Below, piece after piece: positions 53,534-64,000 of a stretch of 64,000 bases of DNA. The translations under genes were made by a program, and so were the position numbers. Location: the IMG/VR virus record IMGVR_UViG_3300002460_000027; one strand, given 5' to 3'. The stretch's first letter is position 1; each line of letters starts with the position of its first letter. The stretch is from a virus. The notes beneath the pieces are model-generated. The model made no database searches. It was not told the origin of the DNA and saw nothing but the letters and a program-made list of their open reading frames with translations.

Positions 53534-54907
53534 TCACCGCCATCGTTCTACCCCATACCCCTGCGCGGCCACCTGCGGACCAGAGCGGAGGTTCAACGGC
53601 CAGCCGGCCGCTGCTTGAGCTTCCAGTGCAATCGTATGCTGGGCATCCCGCAAAGAGAGCACAGCCCGTTTGGCTCGTAGGGCATCCACTCGTATGCCCA
53701 CCCTGCGCGCCATAGCAACGATACGCAGAAGCGGCAGTAGCGCGTGTCTGTAGACCCACTCGCTGGCTGGGTCTCGGGCCAGCTCGTCTCGGAGTCCCTG
53801 CCAGACGTCCCACGTTCCGAGCGCGTCCCCTGCCGCGTACTCGACCGGGTTGGCTTGGGAGAGGTGCTTCCAGCGGTTCGTACGGGCATAGAGGCTCCCC
53901 AGGAAGTCCAGGTCGTGAGCCAGTTCCGAATAGAGCGCGTGATGGGCATACATGGTGTCCTCGTGTGTCACCGGAACGGTGCCGAAGAACTCCTCTAGGC
54001 GGTCAATGTCCGCGTCGGCTTGGTGGAAGATAACGTGCGGCATCTGGGCTGAGGTGCCAAGCATCCTTGGCAGAGGCTCGTCCGCGTCCACTACCCAGAC
54101 TTTCTCCCCGTCCGACGCAGACCATCTGACGAGGTGCCGTTCCTGCCCCTGCTCCCAGAACTCCGTGTCAAACGCAAACTCAGCCGGCCACGCCGCCATC
54201 GCCCGCCGGATCGGCGGCATCGGCTGGGGCCAGCGCCCCGCCAGCAGCTCGCCGAGCTTCTGCCAGTCCCGAAGCGCGGCTGGCTTGAGCCACGGGGCCT
54301 CGTAGATCGCGGCTGGGTGAAGGGTAGCGTACACCACCATCCCGCCTCCCGGCGGCGTCCATACGTGCGAGGCCGTCTGACGCTTGAAGGGGGACCACGG
54401 TAGCACCCACCCGCGCCACCCGGCTATCTTTCGTGAGATGCCGTAGGGGGGCGGGTCGCCGCCGTCTTCCCCTGTGGTGGCCCAGAGTGCGTAACCGCCG
54501 AGGGCGACGACAACCATACACGCCGCCGGGGGTCGAAAGTATGCCTGCTGGCAGTGCTGGATCGCGTTTCTGACCTCCACTCGTTCCAATGTAGGTAGCT
54601 GGTTAGAGCCACCAACGCGGCATCGGACGACATTGGCGAGGGAAACGTCTTCTCGCACCAAGCCAGCAAGCGGGAGGTACGTTCGTCCCAGGTCATAGCC
54701 GGAGTCTCCGATGAAGGGGGCGGGCTCGCCCGGCTCCCACTTCTTGAGCCGGCCCGCCCGGCCGACGAGCCGCTCCCCACGTTCTTCGTGCTCACCGGGG
54801 GCCTGCCCTAAGACCAAGACGGGGACGGGCCGGTACTCGTCCGGCACCATCCACCGCCCTTTGGTCTCGAAGGGGCAGCCGCGACATCCGGGGCCCTTTG
54901 GGATCAC
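53534..54907 (-). CDS. UDG-like + 3'-5' exonuclease half of DNA polymerase (repeat copy)
   Basis: Same as 2039-3412. Confidence 0.85.
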   Translation of the reverse strand: MIPKGPGCRGCPFETKGRWMVPDEYRPVPVLVLGQAPGEHEERGERLVGRAGRLKKWEPGEPAPFIGDSGYDLGRTYLPLAGLVREDVSLANVVRCRVGGSNQLPTLERVEVRNAIQHCQQAYFRPPAACMVVVALGGYALWATTGEDGGDPPPYGISRKIAGWRGWVLPWSPFKRQTASHVWTPPGGGMVVYATLHPAAIYEAPWLKPAALRDWQKLGELLAGRWPQPMPPIRRAMAAWPAEFAFDTEFWEQGQERHLVRWSASDGEKVWVVDADEPLPRMLGTSAQMPHVIFHQADADIDRLEEFFGTVPVTHEDTMYAHHALYSELAHDLDFLGSLYARTNRWKHLSQANPVEYAAGDALGTWDVWQGLRDELARDPASEWVYRHALLPLLRIVAMARRVGIRVDALRAKRAVLSLRDAQHTIALEAQAAAGWPLNLRSGPQVAAQGYGVERWR

Positions 54908-54912
54908 CCAAC

Positions 54913-55404
54913 CTAGTCCCGCACAGGACTCAGCGCCACGACGAAGTTGCTGGGCTCTGGGAACCGCTCGTTGCCTTCCAGCCGCCGGATACGGAGCCGG
55001 ACGGGGTAGTCCCGCACGTACCCAGCCACCTCGGCCAGGGTGTCCGGGTCGCGGCCGTTCGCCGTCTTGAAGGCGGTCACGGCCTGTGTCCACCGCTGGG
55101 AACTGGCATCCGGCCGCCCGGAGTCGTTCGTCACCCGGTCGGGGGACATCGTGAGCCCGATCCCACCCTTCTCGCCCGTGACCTCGTGCTGCACCTGCGC
55201 GAAGAAGCGGTACTCAATCCGGCCGCGCTCGCCCCCGCCGTTGTCCTGCACCTTCGTCCGGTCGGAGACTCGCGCCGTCAGCGTCAGGGCGGGCAGCGTC
55301 CGATACGTCCCCTCGGTGAGAAGCAGCGCAGTCTGCGTCTCCTTGTCCTGCTCGGCCTGCTCCTGCGTGTACGCTCGTGCCAACAGTTCGTCCATGCCTT
55401 CCAT
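54913..55404 (-). CDS. hypothetical, possible SSB (repeat copy)
   Basis: Same as 3418-3909. Confidence 0.45.
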   Translation of the reverse strand: MEGMDELLARAYTQEQAEQDKETQTALLLTEGTYRTLPALTLTARVSDRTKVQDNGGGERGRIEYRFFAQVQHEVTGEKGGIGLTMSPDRVTNDSGRPDASSQRWTQAVTAFKTANGRDPDTLAEVAGYVRDYPVRLRIRRLEGNERFPEPSNFVVALSPVRD

Positions 55405-55569
55405 TTTATCTTCCCCCTTGGCTCAAACAGGGCCTGTGATGAATTATCGGCAGACTGCACCTGCAACATCCCGTTTTGGTTAGTGGCATTACTACGTGAG
55501 TGGGCCAAATCCCTACAGCGTTCCAGACACACACATGCCCGCAACTCTCGACATACGTTTGCAGCGTTC

Positions 55570-56334
55570 TCATGGTTTCAGCAACGGTTCCAGCTTGCGG
55601 AAGTCCGGCGGCTCCAGCTTGTTCGGGAGTCGCGCCGCCATCTCGGGCGGGAGCTTGACCCCGACCCCCCAGACCTTCCCCGCCGGCCGGATCTGCCAGC
55701 GTGCGGTGACCTTCCCCTGCGGGGTGGGCGGGTCCACTTCCGCGTACAGCACGACCGAGAACTCGCCCACGATCCGTGACGCCATCATGCCCGGCAGGTC
55801 GGGGAAGATGTGGCTCGGCGCGTTCTTGGACTTGTCGGTCGGGTCGTCCTTCGTGCGGCCTTCCCATGCCGTCATTACAACATACGGCACCTGGGATTGC
55901 AAGACTTTGTTGAGGTACGCCCCGAAGTCCCGGTGGGCCTTCCCGTAGGCTTGCCCGACCGTCTCCTCCCGCTGCCCAAGGTCGAGCCACGCCCGCTCGA
56001 AGTACCACGTGTAGAGTTTGTGGACGCCGTCCCCCACGAACGTCATGCACTCGCCGTGCTTGCCGGCCAAGAGTTCCGTCGTGAGCGTTTCGACCTCGGT
56101 CACGACGGCGTGTGGGGAGAGTTTCGCGGGGTCGGCCACCTCCCAGATCCAGGCGGTGTGGTCCGGATTGTCACGCGGGATCGTCTCGTAGCCCTTCTCG
56201 CCCGGGTAGGAGACATGCTGCCGATGGGCCGGCCACGTGAAGCACGCCGTTGTCTTGAGCGTGTTGGGGGGGCCGGAGATGAGCACCCGGCGACCGTAGT
56301 GGGGCGTGGCGTCTTGCCAGCGTTTAAAGGGCAT
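55570..56334 (-). CDS. Sak4/AAA_24-like ATPase (repeat copy)
   Basis: Same as 4075-4839. Confidence 0.7.
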   Translation of the reverse strand: MPFKRWQDATPHYGRRVLISGPPNTLKTTACFTWPAHRQHVSYPGEKGYETIPRDNPDHTAWIWEVADPAKLSPHAVVTEVETLTTELLAGKHGECMTFVGDGVHKLYTWYFERAWLDLGQREETVGQAYGKAHRDFGAYLNKVLQSQVPYVVMTAWEGRTKDDPTDKSKNAPSHIFPDLPGMMASRIVGEFSVVLYAEVDPPTPQGKVTARWQIRPAGKVWGVGVKLPPEMAARLPNKLEPPDFRKLEPLLKP

Positions 56335-56746
56335 GAAGGTTTCCTTGTCGAATGTAATACGAGGTTAGCCCGTAGTATGTGTTACTGCTTGTTTCTCTCA
56401 GCCCCACTGGGGCAAACTTTATTACAGCCCCAAGCGGTCCGTCGTAACCCTCACACGCCTCTAGAAATGCTGCTAGCAGTGTGGTAGCGCAGACTTGTTT
56501 GTTTTCGATTCCACCAGAACTTACGATCCACCCTTCCGCGCACATTGGTTCAGTTAGGGCGTCTCTCAAGGGCATCAGGTGTCCTTTCGAGAGTTACACG
56601 ATTGACAACCCCAACCATGAGGACGCGCCTGTGGCGTACACCGGCAACACCCCTCTTTGAGTATAACAATCACCTTACCATTTAGGTTTGTGAGTGGTGG
56701 CATCAACACATGCCCACACTCAGGCACCTCAACAAACCATGTTCCA

Positions 56747-57541
56747 TCAAACCTTCCGTTCCAGCCGGCCATAAGCACTCTCCATCTGGTCTGGGTCCAA
56801 GTGTAGCACATGACAAGCTGGGATATACTCACACGGGCCGTACTTGCCGTAACAGGCCGTGAAGTTCGGGGTGGAGTCTCGACACCACGGCTCGTCTTCA
56901 TCAAACGTTTTGTCCATGTCAAACCATGCCTGCTCAGCCCCTTTTAGCCAAAACGTGAGCCGGGCGGGGGTCACCTCGACAGGGTGGAGGAACGTCTGCA
57001 CACGCGGGGCCAGTTGGATCATGTGAACCCGGGCCCACGAGACAGGCTCCCGCAACACCTCACCGACCTCCCACGCATAATGGAAGAGCTGGTGACTGGT
57101 GAAGTATTCGGTCAGTTTGTCCTCACCGGCCCGCATCGTGACCTTCGTGTCCGTCACCACGAGCCCTTGACCGGGGATGCGCTGCACGAGGTCCGGGCGG
57201 GCGGTGCTCGGCAGGGGCTCATCCACCATCAACACCTCGCCGTGGTCTCGCAGGTTGTCCCCGCGTCCGGCCTCGTACCCCTTCTGGGCCAGCTTGACCA
57301 GCGCCTCCCGCGTCCAGGTGTCGTTGTCCCGGAAGCCCTCCAGGATGACGCGGCGCAGCGTGTCCTCGGGAACTGGGGTTGGGTGGCCCCGATAGTGTTC
57401 GGAGAGCGCGTCCCCGATGGCGGACCCCAAGAGCATGTTCGGGGTCCATACCCTACCCAGCGGCTCCCAAGAACGCTTTAGAGTCGCGTACATAGGACAC
57501 CGGAGCCAGTCAGCGGTACGGCTTGGGCTGTAGGATGGCAT
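56747..57541 (-). CDS. Cas4/RecB-like exonuclease (repeat copy)
   Basis: Same as 5252-6046. Confidence 0.8.
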   Translation of the reverse strand: MPSYSPSRTADWLRCPMYATLKRSWEPLGRVWTPNMLLGSAIGDALSEHYRGHPTPVPEDTLRRVILEGFRDNDTWTREALVKLAQKGYEAGRGDNLRDHGEVLMVDEPLPSTARPDLVQRIPGQGLVVTDTKVTMRAGEDKLTEYFTSHQLFHYAWEVGEVLREPVSWARVHMIQLAPRVQTFLHPVEVTPARLTFWLKGAEQAWFDMDKTFDEDEPWCRDSTPNFTACYGKYGPCEYIPACHVLHLDPDQMESAYGRLERKV

Positions 57542-58190
57542 TCTAGTCAGCGCTTACCGCCTAGGGGAGGGCTTCCTTTGGGCCGGAGACGTCTGCCGGC
57601 CTCGCGCCGAGCGGCCCCCACACCACTCACGCACCGTGAGCAGGTGTATATAGCTGGTTTCTCAGGCAAATACGGCCATCGAAGCTCTCCACATCTGGCG
57701 CAGGAGACCTCGTATGTCTGATGATGCTTCAAGTGGGTGCAGATGGTGGCCATGCTCGTGTCTCCTAGCCTCTTCTACGACAGGCACAGAGGGCACTATA
57801 GTCGTCTGTGATTCCATTCCCCGATGTTTCTCCCCGGCACCGGCAACACATACTTATTGTCCTTGGGTAGACCCACGCAGCCTCTGTCCTCTCAACACAC
57901 ACATGCGGGCATTTTGTGTGGTAGTACACACTAAGCAAAACTCTGCCGTGTGGTGACACGCCGCCGTTTGAGTTCATCGACACTCACCACTCTACACAGA
58001 TTGCCGTTCTTGTCAAGCACCCTGACGGGCCCGTACGGTCGCTCGGGTGGCTCGGGGAGTCGGACTTCGTGGAGGGCTGACAACCCGACCAGCGAGTGTT
58101 CAAGCATCCGAGAGTCTACCTTCTCGGTCTCAGGCTTCTTGTGATGCGAGCGTCTTGGCATACGCGCCTCCCTTTGGTAGAATGTGAATC

Positions 58191-58976
58191 GTGCCCCTCG
58201 ACCTCTCGCGCCTGCTGACCGAAACCCCGCAAGAACCACACTGGGTGGCGAACGGGATGCTGCCGCGTGGTACGCTCGTGGTGCTGGCCGGCGACGCAGG
58301 AGTCGGCAAGAGTTTCCTGAGCTACACGCTGGCGTTCTCGGTGGCGGCCGGGCTGCCGTTCCTCGGGCGACGGGTGGAGCAGACCCGGGTGCTCTACGTG
58401 GATGAGGAAAACTCCCTGCCAGACTTGCAAGCCTACCTGCGCTGGGTCTGGCTGGGGGTGGGGAGGCCGGACATCACGCGGCTGTCCCAGTTTCTCCACG
58501 TGGAGCACTTCACCCTTGGCCGTCAGTGGCAAGATCAGCTCACCCGCGAGTGTCTGGCGTTCCGGCCCGGGCTCATCATCGTAGACACGGCCACGTCCGC
58601 CCTCAAGATCCAGGACGAGAACGACAACGCCGAGGCCGCCCGCGTCATCTCGGGGTTGCACCAAGCCCGGGCGGCCAGCCACAACGACGCCACGGTGCTC
58701 GTGCTCAAGCACGCCAAGGTGTTGGAAGACACCCAGCACCGCCGGACGGTTCGCGGGGCAAAAGTCTGGCTTGGGCAGGCCGATGCCGTCTGGTTCCACC
58801 ACGCCAAGTCCGGGCGACCACGGAAGGACGGCCTCCGACCGACCGTGCTGGAACCCGACAAAGTGCGGGCCTGGGGGCTCCGAGAGGGGGTCTCGATTAC
58901 CCCCGAGTGGACGACTGAGGAACCCCGTGGGATTAAACTCATTGGGCAGTCGCTCATTTCCCAACCCGCCAAGTAG
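58191..58976 (+). CDS. AAA_25/RepA-type helicase (repeat copy)
   Basis: Same as 6696-7481. Confidence 0.8.
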   Translation: MPLDLSRLLTETPQEPHWVANGMLPRGTLVVLAGDAGVGKSFLSYTLAFSVAAGLPFLGRRVEQTRVLYVDEENSLPDLQAYLRWVWLGVGRPDITRLSQFLHVEHFTLGRQWQDQLTRECLAFRPGLIIVDTATSALKIQDENDNAEAARVISGLHQARAASHNDATVLVLKHAKVLEDTQHRRTVRGAKVWLGQADAVWFHHAKSGRPRKDGLRPTVLEPDKVRAWGLREGVSITPEWTTEEPRGIKLIGQSLISQPAK

Positions 58977-59044
58977 TTGAAAAGGCGTCGATCTGACATG
59001 CCATTAATTGGCTACCCTTATACAGAAGGGGAAGCCCTCACGAG

Positions 59045-59386
59045 GTGGCCATGAGACGTTGCCTTTGCTCCCACAAGATGCTGAAGACGAAGTGCCGAAT
59101 CTGCCTACAAAAGAGGCAATCCACTCGCCAATACTGGAAGAGAGCGGCCAAGTTGAAGCGACTCGGTTTGACCCCGGCAGATTATGAGATTTTCCTAGAA
59201 GTCCAAGGCGGTCTGTGTGCATTTTGCGGGCGCGTGCCAACACACCGAAGGCTGGCGGTTGACCACAATCACAAGACAGGGAAGGTTCGTGGTCTTCTCT
59301 GCTATCGTTGCAACCGTTTCCTTGTTGGCTTTCATACCATCTCAACAGCCAAGCGATTGTTGGCATATCTACTTACCAGAGATTGA
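59045..59386 (+). CDS. endonuclease VII-like (repeat copy)
   Basis: Same as 7550-7891. Confidence 0.85.
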   Translation: MAMRRCLCSHKMLKTKCRICLQKRQSTRQYWKRAAKLKRLGLTPADYEIFLEVQGGLCAFCGRVPTHRRLAVDHNHKTGKVRGLLCYRCNRFLVGFHTISTAKRLLAYLLTRD

Positions 59387-59585
59387 AGCATCCTCCCCCC
59401 AATCCCAGCCCCGAACGAAGGTGCCGGTGGCGTAGGGGCAGTAGTTTCCATCTAGTTTCCTACCATCGCAGCGACAGCAGTCATACCCATCAACTCGGGT
59501 GACTATGGCCTGATCCACTTTTTTTGCATGCTCGTCTCGTCTATGTGGACACACATGCCCGCAGTTCCCTACCAGGAGCCAGATT

Positions 59586-60725
59586 CTAAGCACGCCGCAC
59601 CACCTGAGCCCCAGCCGGGACGGGCTCCCCAGCTCCGACCACCCACAGGTCAGCCTCAGCCCCCACCGGCCATCCGTCAGCCGTGCCCCCGTCTGTCAGC
59701 CACACTGTTTGCTTGTCAGGATCGCGGTGCTCGCCAGCCGCCCGGATGAGGGTGCCGCCGCCCGCCGACCGGCACATGGCCAGGACTGCCCCCACGTCCG
59801 AGGCGTCCACGGGCTCCCGACACAGGTGGTCGAACACCACCACGTCCGAGCTGGCTAGCTCAGGGGTCGAGCACACCGCCGCTAAGAGTTGCCCCAACAG
59901 CTCGTCCCCAATGCTTCCCGAGGCGTCCAGCATGAACCGGGCTGCGCGGGCTTCCCCACGGGCCGAGCCCGGCAGGAGGTCCGGGTTGACGCGGTGTGCC
60001 CGCCGCCAAGACCGCAACCGCTCCTCTCTGGCCACGACCCGCGTCACCAACCAGTCCAGCACCTCTTGTATCCACGGGGGGCATGCGGGGAGCGTAGGAG
60101 TTGGCCGCATCCCGTTCCCGTTTGGCCCAGCGTCTCCCAGCACCGCCCGCCCCACCGCCGAGGCTTTCATCCGGCTGGCCAACGTGGAATCGGCCAAGGA
60201 ATGGCCAGCAGCCCCGCATGTATGCCCTTGGAACGGTTTGGCTTCCTTCACAATGATGTCATAGAGGCGCTCAGACGGCATTAGCGTCAGAGGGCGTTTG
60301 AGACTCTTGGAAAGACGTTCGTAGGTTACAGACTCCCAGTCACATTCCCGATCTACTACTTCCCAGTCAGACTCTTTGAGCCCATGAATATTGGCGTCGG
60401 TCGCAATGTTCCACGCCAAGACTGGATTTTGGCCACTGGGGTCTGTCAGCACGACGTTTCGATCACCGTGCCGAGCCCAGCATCCGTGGGCCACGTGGCT
60501 GGCTTCGTGGCGCAGGATTTCTACACGAGCGGCGTGCGGCGCTCGCTCCCAGAGCTTCCCGAGCAGGAGCGTCAGCCGCCCATCCTCCAACAGACTCCCG
60601 ACTGTCGGCACCTCAGGCGCGTGGCGTACCTCGTCGACGAGAGCGAGGAAGTTTGTCACGTCGGGCGGCCACGGAGAGGCATCGGGTAGAGCAACTGTCC
60701 AGTCTACAACGGCAGCAGGGTTCAC
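59586..60725 (-). CDS. metallopeptidase-like + vWA protein (repeat copy)
   Basis: Same as 8091-9230. Confidence 0.8.
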   Translation of the reverse strand: MNPAAVVDWTVALPDASPWPPDVTNFLALVDEVRHAPEVPTVGSLLEDGRLTLLLGKLWERAPHAARVEILRHEASHVAHGCWARHGDRNVVLTDPSGQNPVLAWNIATDANIHGLKESDWEVVDRECDWESVTYERLSKSLKRPLTLMPSERLYDIIVKEAKPFQGHTCGAAGHSLADSTLASRMKASAVGRAVLGDAGPNGNGMRPTPTLPACPPWIQEVLDWLVTRVVAREERLRSWRRAHRVNPDLLPGSARGEARAARFMLDASGSIGDELLGQLLAAVCSTPELASSDVVVFDHLCREPVDASDVGAVLAMCRSAGGGTLIRAAGEHRDPDKQTVWLTDGGTADGWPVGAEADLWVVGAGEPVPAGAQVVRRA

Positions 60726-60969
60726 TGTGTACCTCCCTAAAGACCGCTAAGTCGTGAATGCCAGGGTATACACACACGTGTCCACACACCGAGACAAACA
60801 GGTAATCTGTTATCGGCTTTTCTTTAGCCACGTCTGGACCCCATGCTCAGACACTCTCTGTCGTGGGTGGGAAGACTAGGATCAGTATCACACCGGCAAC
60901 ACTCAACATACTTTCCGTTCCCGGCCAAACTGTATTGGCCTACCCAGACACAGATATGTCCACACCGCC

Positions 60970-61983
60970 TTACTTGGACCCAGAGCTTTTCTTTAGCCAC
61001 GCCCGAATCTCCTTCATGGCCGCGTCCCGCTTCTCCGGGGCTCCGATGCCCTCGAACACGACTGGGTTGCCAAACACCGCCTCATACGCTCGCTGCCACT
61101 CGCCCGAGGTGTCCTCGTTGACGCGGTTGACAATCGTTTGGAGCGCTAGTCGCTTGGGCTCAGGCCCAGGCCCGGTCAGCACGTCGATGGCTGACTCCAC
61201 AAACTGGCGTGGGGTGCAGGACGTGGCCCACTCTTCAGGGCTCACCGTCACCCGATGCTGGGCCAGCCTGGACAGCACCACGTCCCGCATGGCCGTGTCA
61301 CACAGCCCTTGAATGACGAGGGTGCGGACGACCTCTCGCTCCTGTCCCCAGAAGTCGGCATCCTCGACCCACGGCGTCAGGCGATGAGCGGCCCGTGGGG
61401 AGCGTTCCCGCTCCGGCAACCGAATGGGCGGCGGGGCGTCGTAGAGCCCGTCCCAGAGCCACGTGTTCCGCTTGAGGTCGTCCCGTTCGAGGATGCGCGT
61501 ATCCGGCCCCGGGTAGGGGAGCAGCAGCAGCCGGGAGAGCAGCTCGGGCCGCAGGGGGCGCTTGGGCTCGTTCATGGCCGCCACGAGCGCGACCGTAGGG
61601 TGGAGCGTTGTGAAGCGTATTCTCCGCTCCTCAAGGAGCGAGAGCAGCCCAGACTGGTTGTCCTCTCGGGCCTTGTCCAACTCATCGATCACCAGTGCCC
61701 ACCCACCCCTGCCTATCAGCTCCGGCGGGATCATGCTGGGTTGGGTAAAGCGCAGGAAGCCCTCGCTATCCTTGAACGGGTGACCCCCTTCATCTTCGGG
61801 CAGGTCAACTTGCGGGTTGTAGAACACTACGGGGTCATATCCAGCCCCGCGCAGCACCATTCCGATTGAGCGCGTCTTTCCCCACCCAGTCGGCCCGACG
61901 AGACAGGGGACACCCCGAACCGGGTCCTTTGAGGCTTTCACGATGATCCACTCGATGCCGGCTCCGATCCCTGCGTTTGCCAT
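60970..61983 (-). CDS. MoxR-type AAA+ ATPase (repeat copy)
   Basis: Same as 9475-10488. Confidence 0.8.
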   Translation of the reverse strand: MANAGIGAGIEWIIVKASKDPVRGVPCLVGPTGWGKTRSIGMVLRGAGYDPVVFYNPQVDLPEDEGGHPFKDSEGFLRFTQPSMIPPELIGRGGWALVIDELDKAREDNQSGLLSLLEERRIRFTTLHPTVALVAAMNEPKRPLRPELLSRLLLLPYPGPDTRILERDDLKRNTWLWDGLYDAPPPIRLPERERSPRAAHRLTPWVEDADFWGQEREVVRTLVIQGLCDTAMRDVVLSRLAQHRVTVSPEEWATSCTPRQFVESAIDVLTGPGPEPKRLALQTIVNRVNEDTSGEWQRAYEAVFGNPVVFEGIGAPEKRDAAMKEIRAWLKKSSGSK

Positions 61984-62270
61984 TAGTGGGCCTCCAACCA
62001 TGCGTTGATGAGAGGAAGGGCTTTCTTTCGCTCGGTTGTCCTATCGGAGCCCAGCGCAGCCACAATTTCGTCAGTGTCAAACACGAAGTTGTATGCGGTG
62101 GGCCACCCCGTTCGCCCAAAGTGCTGATCCACGCTCACCCGCTCGATGATTACTCGCAAAGCGTTCCTCGTGTCGTTTGGGTCGGCCCGCTCCAACTTGT
62201 CCAGCACCGTGGCCACAAACTCCTTTGGCGTGCAGCGTGTTGCCCAGTTGACGAGTTCAGAGTTTGCCAT
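61983..62270 (-). CDS. stand-alone paralogue of the ATPase C-terminal domain (repeat copy)
   Basis: Same as 10488-10775. Confidence 0.75.
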   Translation of the reverse strand: MANSELVNWATRCTPKEFVATVLDKLERADPNDTRNALRVIIERVSVDQHFGRTGWPTAYNFVFDTDEIVAALGSDRTTERKKALPLINAWLEAH

Positions 62271-64000
62271 CGCTCCCCCTGTGTGGTATACTACACTTGT
62301 CGGAGTCTGACCGCTAGCGGTCCTGCACACCCCCACCCGCGCGTTCCTCCAACACTTTGATCTCCGTCTCCATCCCCACCGCTACCTCATCCAGGGTGCG
62401 CGTGATCGCGTCCCTCGGCCCCCCGGGCGGTTGCCGGAGCCGGGCCCAGTCGTGCCGGAGGGCCAGCAGCTCCCGCAGCAGGTAGCGGAGCACGTCGGTT
62501 GGCGGTTCTGAGTGTCCCTGCACCCGGCACGTCACAGGACACCGATCCAGCGTAGGGTAAGCAGCGTCGTGACCCCCCACAACATCCACTCGGTCAGACT
62601 AGGCTTCGTCATGGTCTTTCTCCAACAGCGGATGCTTTCCAGTCTTATCAAACAGCCGGTGAGCTGCTTGGACTTTCCTGAGTGCCGCCTGATAGCACCC
62701 CTTCCGTGGAAGATTCGCCAAGTGTCCACTCTCAGACTCGATAAGGTACTGGAAGAGCGTTACGACTGACAACTGGTTACGCTTCACGTCTTGCATGCGG
62801 ATCTTACTCATGTCGCACCGTCTCTTTCATGGCTTGCCTGAGCTGTTGCACCTCAGCCCGAAGTTGTGCCCGTTCGAGGATCAACCTGAGCATATACACC
62901 CGTGTCGAGCAGCGGTCAAGCGTTTCTTTGTCCATGTCAGCCTCCCAAGAGCCCCAACACAATCGACCATGTGGCGATGGCAGCGCTCAGGGCGGCGATG
63001 GCAAGGATGTCTTGGGTCATGTCGTCTCTCCTGACAATTCGTTTTCAATTGAGGTTAACCCATCAGCCAATGCTGTTAGCATTACCTCATTGGCTGTACC
63101 ATATCCCTTGTTGGCATCTACAATGGCCACAATCCTATTGTAAAGAGATTTCCCTACTTGATTATTTGTGACAATTGTAAACCGCTTTATACCATCTCCC
63201 CCCTTGCCTTTGGCGGTTGGCATTTCAGGTTTGCTCGGGCCAAGTTCACGATTGGTTGCCGCTTTCGCGGTGGCAGGCTTTGGTTTAGGGGTCGGGACAC
63301 GGGGGATCTTCTCTGGGACTAGTCGCGTCCATCCCCCAGACGGTGGATACTTGCCGGTTGATGACATGGTTAAACGCGGACCTTGGTGAGGGCGGCGCGG
63401 GCTTCGTCCACATGGTTCGCCATTGCGAGCAACGCTCCTGCGCCCAGCTTGCCATCACGCTGCCACTTCTCAACCCATGCTGTCATTGTTTCCAGCGCTG
63501 CCAGCAGGTCCGGCGCGGCGGCAATGAGGGGGGCGTTGGCTCTGAGTTCTCCGGTTTCATCCACCGCCTCGGCAATCAGAGAGTCTCGGGCCATGATCCA
63601 AGCACTCTTTCCGTCTATCAACACGGTCCACGGTCCCGGCGTGTGGGCGGTCATGCCGTCCCCCCCCTCGCCTTGGCGATGGCGGCGCGGGCCTTGAGGT
63701 AAGCTACGAACCCATCTCCGTGTTGATTCCATTCTGGTGTATCGCCAGCCCGTTCAGCCAAGTCATGCAACACAGTTTCTGCCCCTTCCAGCGCCGCCAG
63801 CAGGTCCGCGTTGATGGCCTTGAGGCGGTCATATCCGGCACGGCCCCAACACTTCGGACAGGCCCCAATGCCGAAACAGTATCTACAGCCATAGGTTTCC
63901 GGCGTGTGGGCGGTCATGGCGTCACCTCCACCCCGCACGCAGCGAGGAACCGGGCACGGTCGAAGTTGGGGTTGAAGTTAGCACATGTCGCGCTGATCCT

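Larger units (their letters stand above)
51496..64000. repeat. second copy of 1-12505 (circular wrap/terminal redundancy; unit length 51,495 bp)
   Basis: Ends match (catcccgggg at 1 and 51496; gctgatcct at 12505 and 64000); all ORFs recur at +51,495. Confidence 0.97.

Noticed and set aside
1-64000. Prophage, integrase, att sites, tRNA/rRNA genes, CRISPR arrays
   Set aside because: None recognised by eye; no host housekeeping flanks. A tRNA scan was not run.

Overview
The window is one complete 51,495-bp high-GC phage genome plus a wrap-around: positions 51496-64000 repeat 1-12505, with matching ends and the same ORF set at offset +51,495. It has two divergent arms separated by a non-coding gap at about 12720-13230. 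The minus-strand arm (45184-51495 continuing into 1-12700) carries replication and recombination genes: a family A DNA polymerase split into UDG+exonuclease and polymerase ORFs, a Sak4-like ATPase, a Cas4/RecB-like nuclease, a MoxR-type AAA+ with a peptidase-vWA partner, and a DnaQ-like exonuclease. The plus-strand arm (13270-44982) is podovirus-like: small terminase, large terminase in two ORFs, T4-type lysozyme, portal, scaffold, Mu-gpT-like capsid, many Ser/Thr-rich putative virion proteins, nozzle, adaptor and ejection proteins. I recognised no integrase, tape measure, sheath, tRNA or CRISPR array. Two systems stand out. (1) A nearly complete nonulosonic-acid (pseudaminic/legionaminic-like) pathway: PseB-like dehydratase, class III aminotransferase, GNAT, NeuB/PseI synthase and SpsF/PseF-type cytidylyltransferase, plus a CstII/Maf-like transferase candidate in the capsid operon, suggesting a self-glycosylated virion. 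(2) A dispersed family of eight 55-74 aa C[GP]H[VI]C...CCRC micro-proteins wedged between core genes, one of which interrupts the DNA polymerase gene in frame. All functional calls come from motif recognition by eye, not database searches.
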